64,000 bases of DNA from IMG/VR virus record IMGVR_UViG_3300012950_000001. One strand, 5' to 3'. Each line of letters starts with the position of its first letter. Position 1 is the first letter of the stretch. Positions 27,115 through 35,112 of the stretch are shown piece by piece. Both the position numbers and the translations under genes were made by a program. The notes under the pieces were generated by a model, which saw only the letters and a program-made list of their open reading frames with translations, was not told where the DNA came from and did not search any database. The DNA is from an uncultured virus (IMG/VR IMGVR_UViG_3300012950_000001). Lineage: Duplodnaviria > Heunggongvirae > Uroviricota > Caudoviricetes.

Positions 27115-27909
27115 ATGGCTGATTATTCGTCTTACAAAAAAATTAATGGAGATACCTTTGAAGCTGGTATCTTAGATGGGAACAAATTTAGTTCTTCTCC
27201 CACATCTACCTACGGTGTTAAGTGGGTATATGGAACAATGTGTAGATGCTCGCCTGGTTGTTGCTGCAACTGGACTGTACCTACAGGAGTTACTAAACTG
27301 TGGGTCCAACTTTGGGGTGCAGGTGGTAACGGAACAGGAGCTTGTTCCTGTAACAGATGTCAGCACTATAAAGCTGCTGGTGGTGGATACTATAACAGTC
27401 AGATTGCTACTACTCAAGGTGGTTGTACATACAGTGTATGTGCTGCTGGTGTTTATCCTTGCCTTTCACGAGAGTGTTACGGTTGCAATGGATGTTCTTC
27501 TTACATTAATGGTTATGGATTCTCTAATTTCTGTGCCGTAGGTGGTGGTCGAGCATGTGCTAATACATCTTGGTCAACAGAATGTACATCTGATTGGGCA
27601 TGTTGTGCATCTCCTACCACTTGGGGTGGAGAAATGGCAATGGGTAACCACTATGGTGTATGGAGTAACGCAAGTTATGATACATATAGAGGTTGGTGTC
27701 ATTGTTATAACCAAGGTATTACACCTACCAGTGCTCCTTTAATCGGTACTATGGTCCAACAGGCAACAAGAGGCTGTTGGGTACGTTGTGGTTGCTGGAT
27801 CGTACCTTATGGTAATGGCGGACAAAGCGCTATGACAAACTACTGTGGTCGCTGTTGCGGTCAAGGTGGTACAGGTGGCGGTGGATTAGTTAAAATTACA
27901 TACTTCTAA
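27115..27909 (+). CDS. Cys-rich glycine-rich-domain protein, paralogue 2
   Basis: Same framework (PGCCCNW, CSCNRC, RCGCW, YCGRCCGQGG); AAGGAG RBS. Confidence 0.7.
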   Translation: MADYSSYKKINGDTFEAGILDGNKFSSSPTSTYGVKWVYGTMCRCSPGCCCNWTVPTGVTKLWVQLWGAGGNGTGACSCNRCQHYKAAGGGYYNSQIATTQGGCTYSVCAAGVYPCLSRECYGCNGCSSYINGYGFSNFCAVGGGRACANTSWSTECTSDWACCASPTTWGGEMAMGNHYGVWSNASYDTYRGWCHCYNQGITPTSAPLIGTMVQQATRGCWVRCGCWIVPYGNGGQSAMTNYCGRCCGQGGTGGGGLVKITYF

Positions 27910-27922
27910 GTAAGGAGAAACG

Positions 27923-28711
27923 ATGGCCAATTATTCATCATACAAACAGATTAAGAACTCGCAGGTAACGGATGGTACTATTCCAACCTCTGCGCTGGCT
28001 TCGGGTGCTTTCTCCAACTGGAACATTAAATGGGTATATGGTACTCCAAACTCATGTACGCCTGGATGTTGCTGTAACTGGCAAGTACCAACTGGAATAA
28101 ACAAGATTAGTTTTGAAGTTTGGGGTGCTGGTGGTAATGGTCACGGTACTTGTTCATGTAACAGATGCCAAAACTGGTTCGGTGCAGGTGGTGGATTCTA
28201 TAACACAAAAACTATTGGAACTCAAGGTGGTTGTCAATATAGTGTATGTGCTGGTGGAGTTTATCGTTGTTGTTCGAGAGAATGTACTGGATGTCATGGA
28301 TGTGCATCCTACGTTAATGGTTACAACTTAAGTAATTTCTGTGCCTTGGGTGGTACAAGAGCTTGTGCAACCAGTGGTTGGACAAACGCATGTTACTCAC
28401 AGTTTGAGAGATGCTGCTTACAACCAGGCGCATGGGGTGGAGACTTCGGTATGGGTAACCATGCTGGAACATCATACAAATTGTATGGTTGGGATTGTCA
28501 CTGTTTCTACAACATGGAACACCCAACAGGTGCTCCGTTCATTGGAACCCTAGGTGTTGTCTCTGCTGTTAGGCATTGTTGGATACGTTGTGGTTGCTGG
28601 ACTGTACCTTATGGCCACGGTGGCCAGAGTGCTTTGACTGCATATTGTGGTCGTTGTTGTGGTCAGGGAGGACAAGGTGGTTCTGGTCTAGTTAAGATTA
28701 CTTACGTCTAA
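27923..28711 (+). CDS. Cys-rich glycine-rich-domain protein, paralogue 3
   Basis: Same framework; AAGGAG RBS. Confidence 0.7.
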   Translation: MANYSSYKQIKNSQVTDGTIPTSALASGAFSNWNIKWVYGTPNSCTPGCCCNWQVPTGINKISFEVWGAGGNGHGTCSCNRCQNWFGAGGGFYNTKTIGTQGGCQYSVCAGGVYRCCSRECTGCHGCASYVNGYNLSNFCALGGTRACATSGWTNACYSQFERCCLQPGAWGGDFGMGNHAGTSYKLYGWDCHCFYNMEHPTGAPFIGTLGVVSAVRHCWIRCGCWTVPYGHGGQSALTAYCGRCCGQGGQGGSGLVKITYV

Positions 28712-28712
28712 G

Positions 28713-28859
28713 ATGTCAGATACTAATCCTACTAGTTACGACCCATCGACTGATCCTAGAATTACTAGGTCTACACCGTCGGTGGTAAATACCTCAACTA
28801 CTTACGATCCAAAACAGGATGCAAGAGTTACTCGTGTAGGTGTTGCAACAGATAAATAA
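28713..28859 (+). CDS. 48-aa peptide with internal duplication (not in the ORF track)
   Basis: ATG 1 nt after the upstream stop; MSDTNPTSYDPSTDPRITRSTPSVVNTSTTYDPKQDARVTRVGVATDK; ends just before a terminator. Confidence 0.6.
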   Translation: MSDTNPTSYDPSTDPRITRSTPSVVNTSTTYDPKQDARVTRVGVATDK

Positions 28860-28879
28860 AAAAAGTTCGAGATGGATCG

Positions 28880-28906
28880 GAGGGGTTACAACACCCCTCT
28901 TTTTTT
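28880..28906 (+). terminator. Rho-independent terminator
   Basis: GAGGGGT-tacaac-ACCCCTC followed by a T7 tract. Confidence 0.85.
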
Positions 28907-28915
28907 ATGTAAATG

Positions 28916-28923
28916 TATAAATA
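28916..28923 (+). promoter_or_regulatory. T4 late promoter TATAAATA
   Basis: Perfect consensus directly after the terminator, upstream of 28961. Confidence 0.8.
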
Positions 28924-28960
28924 AAAGGCGAAGGAGTAAACCCGAATAAATCCAATAAAA

Positions 28961-29722
28961 ATGGCAACTAAAATTATTTCACATGCGTGGAAGATGAAAC
29001 TTCCTAACAACTTCCTTGTTGATCACTCTTTTAGTGACAATAAGACTAGGGACTGTACGTATGACGGTCCAGATAAAATCTACCTACAGTTAGGAGCTGA
29101 TGGTAAAGAAAAGTATGGTCCTCTAACAGAAGACGATATTGCAGATGGTCGTCCAAGACCCGCTGACGTAGTTGAGTGGTTCGAGGTTGATTGCGCCGCA
29201 AGTGACACAAATGCTTTAATTTGTCAGTTACGTGGCCCAGTTATCGACGAGAAAGAAGAGGAACGAGGTACTGGAGAGGTAATCCACCAAGGATCACCTA
29301 ATATCTCAGCAGACTATCCAAGGTTCTCTTATAGTACTCCATTAATGTCTGATGATGTGTATGATTTCAATACCATCAAAAAGAATGGTTCTAATCAATT
29401 AGAGATTAGTGCATTTAGTGTTCAGGAAAAAATTAATGGTGCAACTGAAGATCTAACTTGGGATAACATCAGAAGTCTGAGAGATAGAGTTCTCCAAAAC
29501 AGTGATGGAACCATTGCTGAAGATATGCCTGATGCTTTGAAAGATAAGTGGAAAACATATCGTCAGAAGTTGAGAGACTTCCCTGCTACTATGGCAGGTG
29601 CATCTGTTGAACCCAACATTGCTCAGTTCATGATGCCCGAAGAACCTGAGTTCAGCCCTCCAGCTGATGATCCAGAACCAAATGCAGATGGATCTGCTCC
29701 TTGGGCCCCACCAAACGGATAA
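28961..29722 (+). CDS. Tail fibre assembly chaperone-like protein
   Basis: C-terminal W..IR..RD..L..SD.....D.P......W..YRQ.LRD.P motif of phage tail assembly chaperones; follows the fibre genes. Confidence 0.75.
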   Translation: MATKIISHAWKMKLPNNFLVDHSFSDNKTRDCTYDGPDKIYLQLGADGKEKYGPLTEDDIADGRPRPADVVEWFEVDCAASDTNALICQLRGPVIDEKEEERGTGEVIHQGSPNISADYPRFSYSTPLMSDDVYDFNTIKKNGSNQLEISAFSVQEKINGATEDLTWDNIRSLRDRVLQNSDGTIAEDMPDALKDKWKTYRQKLRDFPATMAGASVEPNIAQFMMPEEPEFSPPADDPEPNADGSAPWAPPNG

Positions 29723-29743
29723 TCTTGCATATATAAATTAACT

Positions 29744-29769
29744 AAGATGATCGAAAGGTCATCTTTTTT
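29744..29769 (+). terminator. Rho-independent terminator with GAAA tetraloop
   Basis: AAGATGATC-GAAA-GGTCATCTT plus T-run; late-promoter-like TATAAATT at 29732-29739 immediately upstream. Confidence 0.7.
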
Positions 29770-29785
29770 AATGCTTGGGAATATC

Positions 29786-30442
29786 ATGTTTGAAGTAAAT
29801 GACTATCAGGTACAAGTTCATAAATTATATGATCATTATAAAGATAATGATGCTGGATATGTTTGGAGAAAGGTTTTTATAATAGATAATTTCTATAAAA
29901 ATCCAGATGAGGTTCGTAATTATGCTTTATCATCTGAAATAACTGATAAAGAACAATATACTGGAGACCTAATAGGTAAAAGAGTATGGGAGGACAATTT
30001 AGAATTAAGAAAAAACTTAAAACCAATATATGAGTTTCTCTGCAAACAACCTACTTGGGATAATATTGAATATGATTCTGATGATTTTGATTCTAAATGG
30101 GACAATATGAAATTTATGGTAAATGTAAGTTATGGATCAGACTTCGCTAAACGACAAGATAATTTTTTTGGAGATGTAGTTACATATCATAAAGATAATA
30201 CAAAATATAAATGGGCATCTCTTGTATATTTAAATCAAGAGGATGAGTATGATGGTGGTACTAAATTTTATGCTTTTAAAGAAGGTTGGCCAGGATTTAA
30301 ACCATCTGAAAAAGATGCATTTACATGCGAAATGAAGTATAATAGAATGGTGTTATATGAAGCTAGACATACACATGGAGCGATTCTAAATAGGGATATG
30401 TTTCAAACAAAACCCCGTCTAACACAGGTAGTTTTTATGTGA
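29786..30442 (+). CDS. 2OG-Fe(II) oxygenase-like protein (DUF6445-type)
   Basis: IIDNFY.NPD.VR..AL, H.D (YHKD), W..LVYL, GGT.FY, MKYNR.VLY....HG, RL.Q. Start placed at 29786 because ATG 29747 lies in the hairpin. Confidence 0.75.
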   Translation: MFEVNDYQVQVHKLYDHYKDNDAGYVWRKVFIIDNFYKNPDEVRNYALSSEITDKEQYTGDLIGKRVWEDNLELRKNLKPIYEFLCKQPTWDNIEYDSDDFDSKWDNMKFMVNVSYGSDFAKRQDNFFGDVVTYHKDNTKYKWASLVYLNQEDEYDGGTKFYAFKEGWPGFKPSEKDAFTCEMKYNRMVLYEARHTHGAILNRDMFQTKPRLTQVVFM

Positions 30443-30499
30443 CTATATAGTTATAGGAATCATGAAAATCATTATTCTACTTACTTGAGGTGAAAAAAA

Positions 30500-31735
30500 A
30501 TGAGATCGAAAGCCTTTTTCATTAATGGCGGAGCAGGGCGTGTAATTTGCTCTATTCCCGCTTTAGAGAAATATACAGAAGAGAATCCAGATGATGATTT
30601 TGTTATCATTTGTGAGGGTGGTACAGACTTTTACAAAGGTCATCCAACATTAGATGGAAGGGCATATGATGTATGGCATAAGAATGTATTTGAACATCAT
30701 ATTAAAGACAGACAATGTGTTACCCTAGAACCATATAGAGTTTGGGACTACTATAATCAGAAGTGTAGTCTTACTCAAGCTTTTGATATTCAAATTAATA
30801 ATTTAGAAGAACCAAGAGAAGTATCAAAACCAACACTTAACCTCTCTAAGATGGAAGTTATTGCTGGTTATAATGTTGTTCAAGAAGTAAAATCAGTAAC
30901 AGGTAATGATAAAGTTCTTGTTATTCAACCATTTGGAAGAGGGGTTGAACAACTGGGAGATTTTGTTGCAGATGGTAGTTCTAGAAGTCTATCTCTAGTT
31001 AATATTGTTGATATCATTAATCAACTCAAGAAGGATTATGCTGTCATTGTAATGAGTGAGATTCATTTCCCAGTAGAGGAAGATGAAGAGAAGTCGAAAT
31101 ATAAGATTGCAAGACCACAGATCCAAGATATGCGTCATTGGGCTGCTGTAATTGATGTTGCAGATCACTTCTTAGGTTGTGATAGTATGGGACAACATTT
31201 AGTAAAAGCTCTTGATGGAACTGCAACTGTAGTTGTTGGATCTACATTCCCAGTTAATATATCATATCCTAATGATAAGGACTTTGATGTAATTGATATT
31301 GGTGATGGTAGAAGGAAATATTCTCCAATTAGAATAAGTCAAGAAGAGCATATTGAAAGGTTTAATGACCAATCAATGGAGATGGATAAATCTCAGATTA
31401 AACAAGTTGTTGATTCTGTAAGAAAGAGACTTGGAAAACCAACCAAGTTCACTGGAACATATGTTCCTATACAACAAGAACAACAAGCTTGTTGCGATAA
31501 TCCTAAGCACGATCATGTTTCTGGTGCAACAGCAGCTGCTTATGCTGGTGCTCAAAATACATCTCAATCTGCATATCAAGGCACAGGTAGAATTAAACCA
31601 CAAGCTCCAACACCAAACTTTACTTTAGAACCAGCCAAACCACCTAAAGTAAATAAAGGATTTGCACAAGAAGTAAAAAGCTTGTTGAAATCTGACAAAC
31701 CCTCTATAAAAATTGAGAAAAAAAGTGAGGCTTGA
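30500..31735 (+). CDS. GT-B glycosyltransferase, family 9 (heptosyltransferase)-like
   Basis: N-terminal GGAGRVICSIPALE resembles the GT9 G.GD.....P.L motif; AAVIDVADHFLGCDSMGQHLVKAL matches the GT9 A.LI..AD.F.G.DSG..H.A.AL signature; GAGG RBS. Confidence 0.65.
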   Translation: MRSKAFFINGGAGRVICSIPALEKYTEENPDDDFVIICEGGTDFYKGHPTLDGRAYDVWHKNVFEHHIKDRQCVTLEPYRVWDYYNQKCSLTQAFDIQINNLEEPREVSKPTLNLSKMEVIAGYNVVQEVKSVTGNDKVLVIQPFGRGVEQLGDFVADGSSRSLSLVNIVDIINQLKKDYAVIVMSEIHFPVEEDEEKSKYKIARPQIQDMRHWAAVIDVADHFLGCDSMGQHLVKALDGTATVVVGSTFPVNISYPNDKDFDVIDIGDGRRKYSPIRISQEEHIERFNDQSMEMDKSQIKQVVDSVRKRLGKPTKFTGTYVPIQQEQQACCDNPKHDHVSGATAAAYAGAQNTSQSAYQGTGRIKPQAPTPNFTLEPAKPPKVNKGFAQEVKSLLKSDKPSIKIEKKSEA

Positions 31736-31737
31736 TA

Positions 31738-33543
31738 GTGACACAATGGATTGCAGCAATTGCTAGGGGTCACAACTCTGGTGTTTGTCTTCTTGCTGAT
31801 GGTGAATTAGTATTTGCTACTGAAGAAGAAAGGTTCTCTAGAAAAAAATATGATGGTGGTCCTTATGCTTCCATCGTTAAGATTTTAGATTACACAGATA
31901 AATTGGATCATCTTGTCATTGCACATACTCAACCATTGAGTGATGCAGGTCAGGTTGATTTTACAGGAGAGAACGTATATACAGGACTAGCAAGTAAGTT
32001 AGGATTAATAGAAAGGAACGTAGAGAATTTGTGGGAACATCCACAGGTTACGGATTATAGTCATGTCCATCATAAACTCCATGCTGCATGTGGTTTGTAT
32101 AGATCTGGATTTGAAAGTGCTGTTGCTGTTATTGTAGATGGTGCAGGGACATTCATCCCTATGCGTATAGGTGGTCAAGAAGAAATGACTTGGGAATTGG
32201 AAACAATTTTTAAGTGTTCTTATCCAGATAATTTTAAAACTCTTTATAAACATCAAGGGGGTAGAGGTCCTTGGCCAGGAGTAGAGATACCTGATTTCCC
32301 AGCTAAAAGAGAAAAAGAGGAAGGAACGTATCATCTTACATTAGATGATTCTGCTGGTATTGTTAAAGCATATGAAGCAGTAACTCAATATTGTGGATGG
32401 CAACCTATTGAAGCTGGTAAGACTATGGGGTTATTTCCTTATGGAAAACCCAATGATAATATTCCAGAAATTTATACTGATTATGATGGAATGTCTTTTT
32501 GGAAAACTACTAATAGAGATGTTATAGTACCAACGTATCCTAATGGAGCGATGGTAAATCAAGGTAGATTTAAGGAGTTATATACTAATCCAGAAGAACA
32601 GAATGGGGATTTGACAAAACTCCAAAGTCGTAGAGATATGGCGTATGCCATTCAGACAGAATCTCAAGAGATGGTTTTGGATCTTATTCTCAAAGCAGTT
32701 GAGATCAGTGGTGAGAAAAATGTAATTCTATCTGGTGGATATGGATTAAATTGTGTTGCAAACTATTGGTTACTTCAGGAATTGGAACATGAAGATATTA
32801 ATCTATTTGTAGAACCAGTCAGTAATGATGCTGGTACTGCTCTTGGTGCAGCTTATCTACATTATCATAACCTATCAAAAGACGCTACAGTAAGACCTCA
32901 TGTTCATGACTTATACACAGGACCAGAGTACCAGTATGAGAATGATGAAATTTTGGCAGTTGCTGAAAAATATAATGCAACAAGAGTCTTTGAAGCTAAC
33001 CATAAAGATGCAGTAGAACTTATTACTAATAAGAATATTGTTGCCTTGTTCCAAGGTAAATCAGAAGCAGGGCCTCGTGCATTAGGTAATAGATCTATTC
33101 TTTATGATGCTCGTGATCCAGAAGGTAAGGATCATGTTAATCATGTTAAACGTCGTGAGTACTTCAGACCATTTGCAGGTTCTATTCTAAAAGAACATGT
33201 ACATGATTGGTTTGATCTTCGTGGTATGGATGAAACTCCATTCATGATGTATGCTGTTAATTGTAAGGAAGGTATTCAGGAAAGGATTCCAGCAATCATT
33301 CACGTTGATGGTACATGTAGGATTCAAACTGTTACTTCAGATCAGAATAAAAATTACTATGATATCATTCATGAGTACTATAATCAAACAGATTGTCCTA
33401 TTATATTCAATACATCCTTCAACCTTGGTGGAGAACCCCTTGTAGAGACCCTAGACGACGCTCTAAGGACTCTTGCGAACAGTTTGATAGAATACCTCTA
33501 TCTTCCTGAATACGGTCTTATAATAGAAGTGAGGAACGACTAA
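31738..33543 (+). CDS. Carbamoyltransferase (NodU/CmcH/TobZ family)
   Basis: H.S, EEERFSR.K, HH..HA, VDG.G, GKTMGL, SGG..LNC.AN, NDAG, GPRALGNRS, KRRE.FRPFA, HVDGT.R.QTV, NTSFN..GEP.V; probable GTG start at 31738. Confidence 0.93.
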   Translation: MTQWIAAIARGHNSGVCLLADGELVFATEEERFSRKKYDGGPYASIVKILDYTDKLDHLVIAHTQPLSDAGQVDFTGENVYTGLASKLGLIERNVENLWEHPQVTDYSHVHHKLHAACGLYRSGFESAVAVIVDGAGTFIPMRIGGQEEMTWELETIFKCSYPDNFKTLYKHQGGRGPWPGVEIPDFPAKREKEEGTYHLTLDDSAGIVKAYEAVTQYCGWQPIEAGKTMGLFPYGKPNDNIPEIYTDYDGMSFWKTTNRDVIVPTYPNGAMVNQGRFKELYTNPEEQNGDLTKLQSRRDMAYAIQTESQEMVLDLILKAVEISGEKNVILSGGYGLNCVANYWLLQELEHEDINLFVEPVSNDAGTALGAAYLHYHNLSKDATVRPHVHDLYTGPEYQYENDEILAVAEKYNATRVFEANHKDAVELITNKNIVALFQGKSEAGPRALGNRSILYDARDPEGKDHVNHVKRREYFRPFAGSILKEHVHDWFDLRGMDETPFMMYAVNCKEGIQERIPAIIHVDGTCRIQTVTSDQNKNYYDIIHEYYNQTDCPIIFNTSFNLGGEPLVETLDDALRTLANSLIEYLYLPEYGLIIEVRND

Positions 33544-33632
33544 TGTGGTATGTGATTACTTGGACTGCAATTACAATGTTTGTATTGGTTCAATTAGGTG
33601 TTTTTAAGAAGAGTCACTGGAAGAAAAAATGA
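33543..33632 (+). CDS. 29-aa single-helix membrane peptide (not in the ORF track)
   Basis: MWYVITWTAITMFVLVQLGVFKKSHWKKK; TAATG overlap upstream and ATGA overlap downstream. Confidence 0.6.
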   Translation: MWYVITWTAITMFVLVQLGVFKKSHWKKK

Positions 33633-35110
33633 AAATCGTTATAGTTGGTGGAGGAACTTCTGGGTGGTTATCTGCTGCGGCACTTAAACATAGATGTCCT
33701 TTTATTGATGTAACTTTAATTGATAAAGAGGTATCGACTCCAGTTTCAGTTGGTGAAGCTACTCTTCTTAACTTTGAAAAATTTTTATCTGATCATTGTG
33801 GTCTTGATTCTAATGAGTTTTTAAAGGAGATTGATGCTACTTTAAAGGGTGGTATCTTATTTTCAGATTGGGCATATGAAAATAGTAAAATATGGCATCC
33901 TTTTTACTTCTTAGATTTTCCATCTAATGATCCACAACCGTCATCAATGATAGATGGGTGGTCCCATGAACAAGATTATGACTTTGCTTCACTAATGGCT
34001 TTATACCAAGTTAGTATGGGTAATAAAGTCGATAGGGATCAATTAGGTGGGTCTTATGCTTTACATATTGATTGCATAAAATTAATTGAATATCTCCGTA
34101 AGAAGTTGGAGAATAAAATTACTATTATAGAATCAACAGTTGAATATAGTATTAGAGATGGTGATGGTAATATAACGGAATTGGGATTAAAAGATGGTAC
34201 GGTACAGGGGGATTTGTTTATAGATTGTACTGGCCATGGAAGTATTCTTAAAGATAAGAGAGATACTGTAGATCTATCGGATCGTTTATATGTTAATGCT
34301 GCTCTTGCTGGTCATATTCCTTATACCAATAGAGAAGAACAACTTAAACCTTATGTTAGTTGTCCAGTAGTAGATAGTGGTTGGATATGGGAGATACCAT
34401 TACAATCTAGGATTGGATCTGGAATTGTTTTCAATATGGATATAACCACTCCAGAAGAAGCTAAACAAGAATTTTATAACCATTGGGGTCAAGAAGTAGA
34501 TTTAAAATTAATAGATTGGACTCCATATTATGATAAGAATCAATGGGATAAAAATGTAATATCCATTGGATTGTCAGCAGGATTTATTGAACCACTTGAG
34601 AGTACTGGGGTAGCTTTGATATGTGAAGGTATTGCTACTGCTTGTAATCTATTAGAGAGTGGTTATTATACAAATCATGATATTCAATATTTCAATAGTT
34701 GGATGATACAAGGATTTGAAACATGTACAAACTTTGTGAATATGCATTACTCAAAATCATATAGAGATACTAAGTTCTGGAGATATGTGAGAGGGTGTTA
34801 TCAAATGTCGGATCCACAAAAATTCTATCTTGATAATATGAAATCAAAAGATAGATCTATGCTTGGTGGTAAAAATTGGATGTTTGGCGGAATAAACTGG
34901 GTTCATTGGTTAATACAAATGGGATTTGAAATATCTCCTAAAGATCATATGGTGAGACATGACGTAAAAAATATATTGGAACAATCAAACGAATGTTTGA
35001 GTCAAGGAGAGAATCTAATGAATCATCATGAATTTGTTGATACATATTTAAAGAAAAGACCAATGGCTAAATTGTCCCACTTTAGAAATGCCCACTTGAA
35101 ACATAATTAA
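33629..35110 (+). CDS. Flavin-dependent (tryptophan) halogenase family protein 1
   Basis: GGGTSGW FAD motif, VGEAT, AT.K.GI.F..W (catalytic Lys position), FIDCTG, GWIWEIPL (WxWxIP), FIEPLESTG. Confidence 0.88.
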   Translation: MKIVIVGGGTSGWLSAAALKHRCPFIDVTLIDKEVSTPVSVGEATLLNFEKFLSDHCGLDSNEFLKEIDATLKGGILFSDWAYENSKIWHPFYFLDFPSNDPQPSSMIDGWSHEQDYDFASLMALYQVSMGNKVDRDQLGGSYALHIDCIKLIEYLRKKLENKITIIESTVEYSIRDGDGNITELGLKDGTVQGDLFIDCTGHGSILKDKRDTVDLSDRLYVNAALAGHIPYTNREEQLKPYVSCPVVDSGWIWEIPLQSRIGSGIVFNMDITTPEEAKQEFYNHWGQEVDLKLIDWTPYYDKNQWDKNVISIGLSAGFIEPLESTGVALICEGIATACNLLESGYYTNHDIQYFNSWMIQGFETCTNFVNMHYSKSYRDTKFWRYVRGCYQMSDPQKFYLDNMKSKDRSMLGGKNWMFGGINWVHWLIQMGFEISPKDHMVRHDVKNILEQSNECLSQGENLMNHHEFVDTYLKKRPMAKLSHFRNAHLKHN

Positions 35111-35112
35111 TC

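Noticed and set aside
26495..28553. Several +1-frame ORFs (66-121 aa) over the Cys-rich genes
   Set aside because: Explained by the scarcity of Leu/Ile/Val/Met codons in these proteins; +2-frame stops are frequent there.
29747..29785. N-terminal extension of the DUF6445 ORF (similar extensions at 56309, 57865, 37146)
   Set aside because: Upstream starts fall in terminator hairpins or well inside the preceding gene; downstream ATGs fit better.
31738..33543. Carbamoyltransferase as a DNA hypermodification enzyme (carbamoylation of 5hmC)
   Set aside because: No dCMP hydroxymethylase or other nucleotide-modification genes adjacent, and the context is late and structural. Disfavoured, but not excluded without nucleoside analysis.
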